IMG/VR virus record: IMGVR_UViG_3300012045_000001
Location: 1-60,024 of that record
Origin: a virus
Lineage: Duplodnaviria; Caudoviricetes
DNA: 60,024 nt
Reading direction: 5' to 3' (one strand)
In this document: piece after piece, positions 58,810 through 60,024 of the stretch
How the letters are laid out: every line of letters starts with the position of its first letter
Position numbering within the stretch: the first letter of the stretch is position 1
Notes under the pieces: generated by a model
Databases searched by the model: none
Told to the model about the DNA's origin: nothing
What the model saw: the letters and a program-made list of their open reading frames with translations, nothing else
Position numbers and translations under genes: made by a program

Positions 58810-59421
58810 ATGGACATCAACGATTACAGAGAGGCACTGAAAACCAACAACTACAACTACAATCGCAACAAGGATGTGTCAATCCTATTCCGGCGCAAAG
58901 TCGAGAAATGGATTAACGAGAAAACTGGGGACAAGGTTTATTTACTCTTTGCCCCTAACGGCAAAACAATAATGACACGGGAAATCGGACTCACCGATTT
59001 AGTCCCAGACGTTGTTGTAACGTCCAACAATTCGACGTGGGCGATGGATGATGTCAAGGGCGCGGCGATGGAGCGCGGAATAAAGATGAGCGACGAACAA
59101 GCCCAACACTTACTCGAAGACAATGCCAAAGGCATCGGGACTTATGGCTGGGACGGCATCTCGAACGTGCTTGATGACGTGAGGACTTGTGATGAGTGTA
59201 GCCGTGCGGTTGACGTGATACCGGACACTGAAACGGACAACGGCTCGTATGAGTTGCTGGACGGACTGCACATCTGCGAGGACTGCAAAATCAAAGGCGA
59301 CTATGTTGCCTGTATTGAATGTGAGGCGTATCACCCGAAGGGACTGATGAAGCACGTCGGAGGAATTGCACCAGACCAACAGGACTATGTATGTCCGAGT
59401 TGTGAAAAGGAGGAAAACTAA
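58810..59421 (+). CDS. Zn-finger hypothetical protein
   Basis: Four CxxC pairs. Confidence 0.65.
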   Translation: MDINDYREALKTNNYNYNRNKDVSILFRRKVEKWINEKTGDKVYLLFAPNGKTIMTREIGLTDLVPDVVVTSNNSTWAMDDVKGAAMERGIKMSDEQAQHLLEDNAKGIGTYGWDGISNVLDDVRTCDECSRAVDVIPDTETDNGSYELLDGLHICEDCKIKGDYVACIECEAYHPKGLMKHVGGIAPDQQDYVCPSCEKEEN

Positions 59422-59639
59422 TGAGCATCGAAATACAAAGTAAGGACGTGGGACTGGACATTGATGATGTAACCGCAGACCGGAAGGACTACAACTCGCC
59501 GGACTGGGACACGGTTACTTCTGGGGACACTGCGGAGGACGCTCTGCGCTCTCTCGTGTCTATGCTTAACTCGGAAGAAATTGACGACGTGAATCTGTAT
59601 TATCGCGCAGTAGATACGACAAGGGAGATTGTTTTATGA
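59421..59639 (+). CDS. acidic hypothetical protein
   Basis: AGGAGG RBS. Confidence 0.6.
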   Translation: MSIEIQSKDVGLDIDDVTADRKDYNSPDWDTVTSGDTAEDALRSLVSMLNSEEIDDVNLYYRAVDTTREIVL

Positions 59640-59778
59640 CGGTATTTCTCGTGTTAATTATATTCGCCTGTCTGATAGGCTGGGCAAAGGAAAACCTCTG
59701 GTCAGAAAACGACACGCAAAACTTCGCGCAAGCCGCGAGGCACGGGACTAGAATGAGAAAATAGGAGGACTTGGGACT

Positions 59779-60024
59779 ATGACACCAGATAATTTGAATG
59801 AGTTCCAACGGGGCTATGTAGAATGTGCCTTGTGGACTAGCAACGAATACAGCAAGGACGCGGACGGCTTGGACTGTCCCCACAACTTCTTAGACCAGAA
59901 CTACGGAGTCAAGGACATTGACAGTGGGACAATCAAGCAAATGATTAAGGACTGCAATCAGTTCTATCAGGACAACGCGCAAGACATCATACGAGTTTGC
60001 GACAGCAAAGCAAACACATACAAC
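59779..60024 (+). CDS. hypothetical protein (3' truncated)
   Basis: AGGAGG RBS; MTPDNLNEFQRGYVECALWTS..., open to window end. Confidence 0.6.
   Translation, partial: MTPDNLNEFQRGYVECALWTSNEYSKDADGLDCPHNFLDQNYGVKDIDSGTIKQMIKDCNQFYQDNAQDIIRVCDSKANTYN

Noticed and set aside
1-60024. Stop-codon reassignment or prophage state
   Set aside because: Core genes are full-length in the standard code; no integrase, CI-like repressor or host flanks in the window

Overview
This 60 kb window is most of the genome of a tailed dsDNA bacteriophage with siphovirus-like organisation; both edges cut through genes. It has three blocks. (1) Positions 1-15984, + strand, replication and nucleotide metabolism: HNH nuclease, DUF932-like protein, RusA-like resolvase, family A DNA polymerase, replication initiator with an internal inverted-repeat ori candidate, DnaB helicase, RHH regulator, SSB-like protein, MazG-like and Nmad1/DUF1599-like proteins. 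(2) Positions 15981-51671, - strand, late genes in an unusual order: lysis, tail-fibre-like genes, terminase, portal, S49 protease, decoration, capsid, neck, tail, tape measure, tail tip. (3) Positions ~53670-60024, + strand, small early-type genes behind a ~1.9 kb non-coding region. No integrase, tRNA or CRISPR array was seen. Most notable observations: (a) the genome is split by short motifs, with GGCC dense up to 52113 and absent afterwards, where GGGAC/GTCCC appears at a similar ~70 bp spacing; (b) a sigma54-type promoter with IHF sites and palindromic enhancer-like boxes sits upstream of a ~0.9 kb highly structured non-coding segment, a candidate large ncRNA; (c) an integron-type attC gene cassette is inserted precisely into the HNH gene; (d) an acidic-aromatic short motif (D/E-D/E-F-hydrophobic-x-small-F-D/E) recurs in at least six unrelated proteins; (e) a CUU-UAG +1 frameshift candidate links the tail chaperone ORFs; (f) a stand-alone response-regulator receiver lies in the lysis cassette. 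All counts are by eye and no database searches were run.
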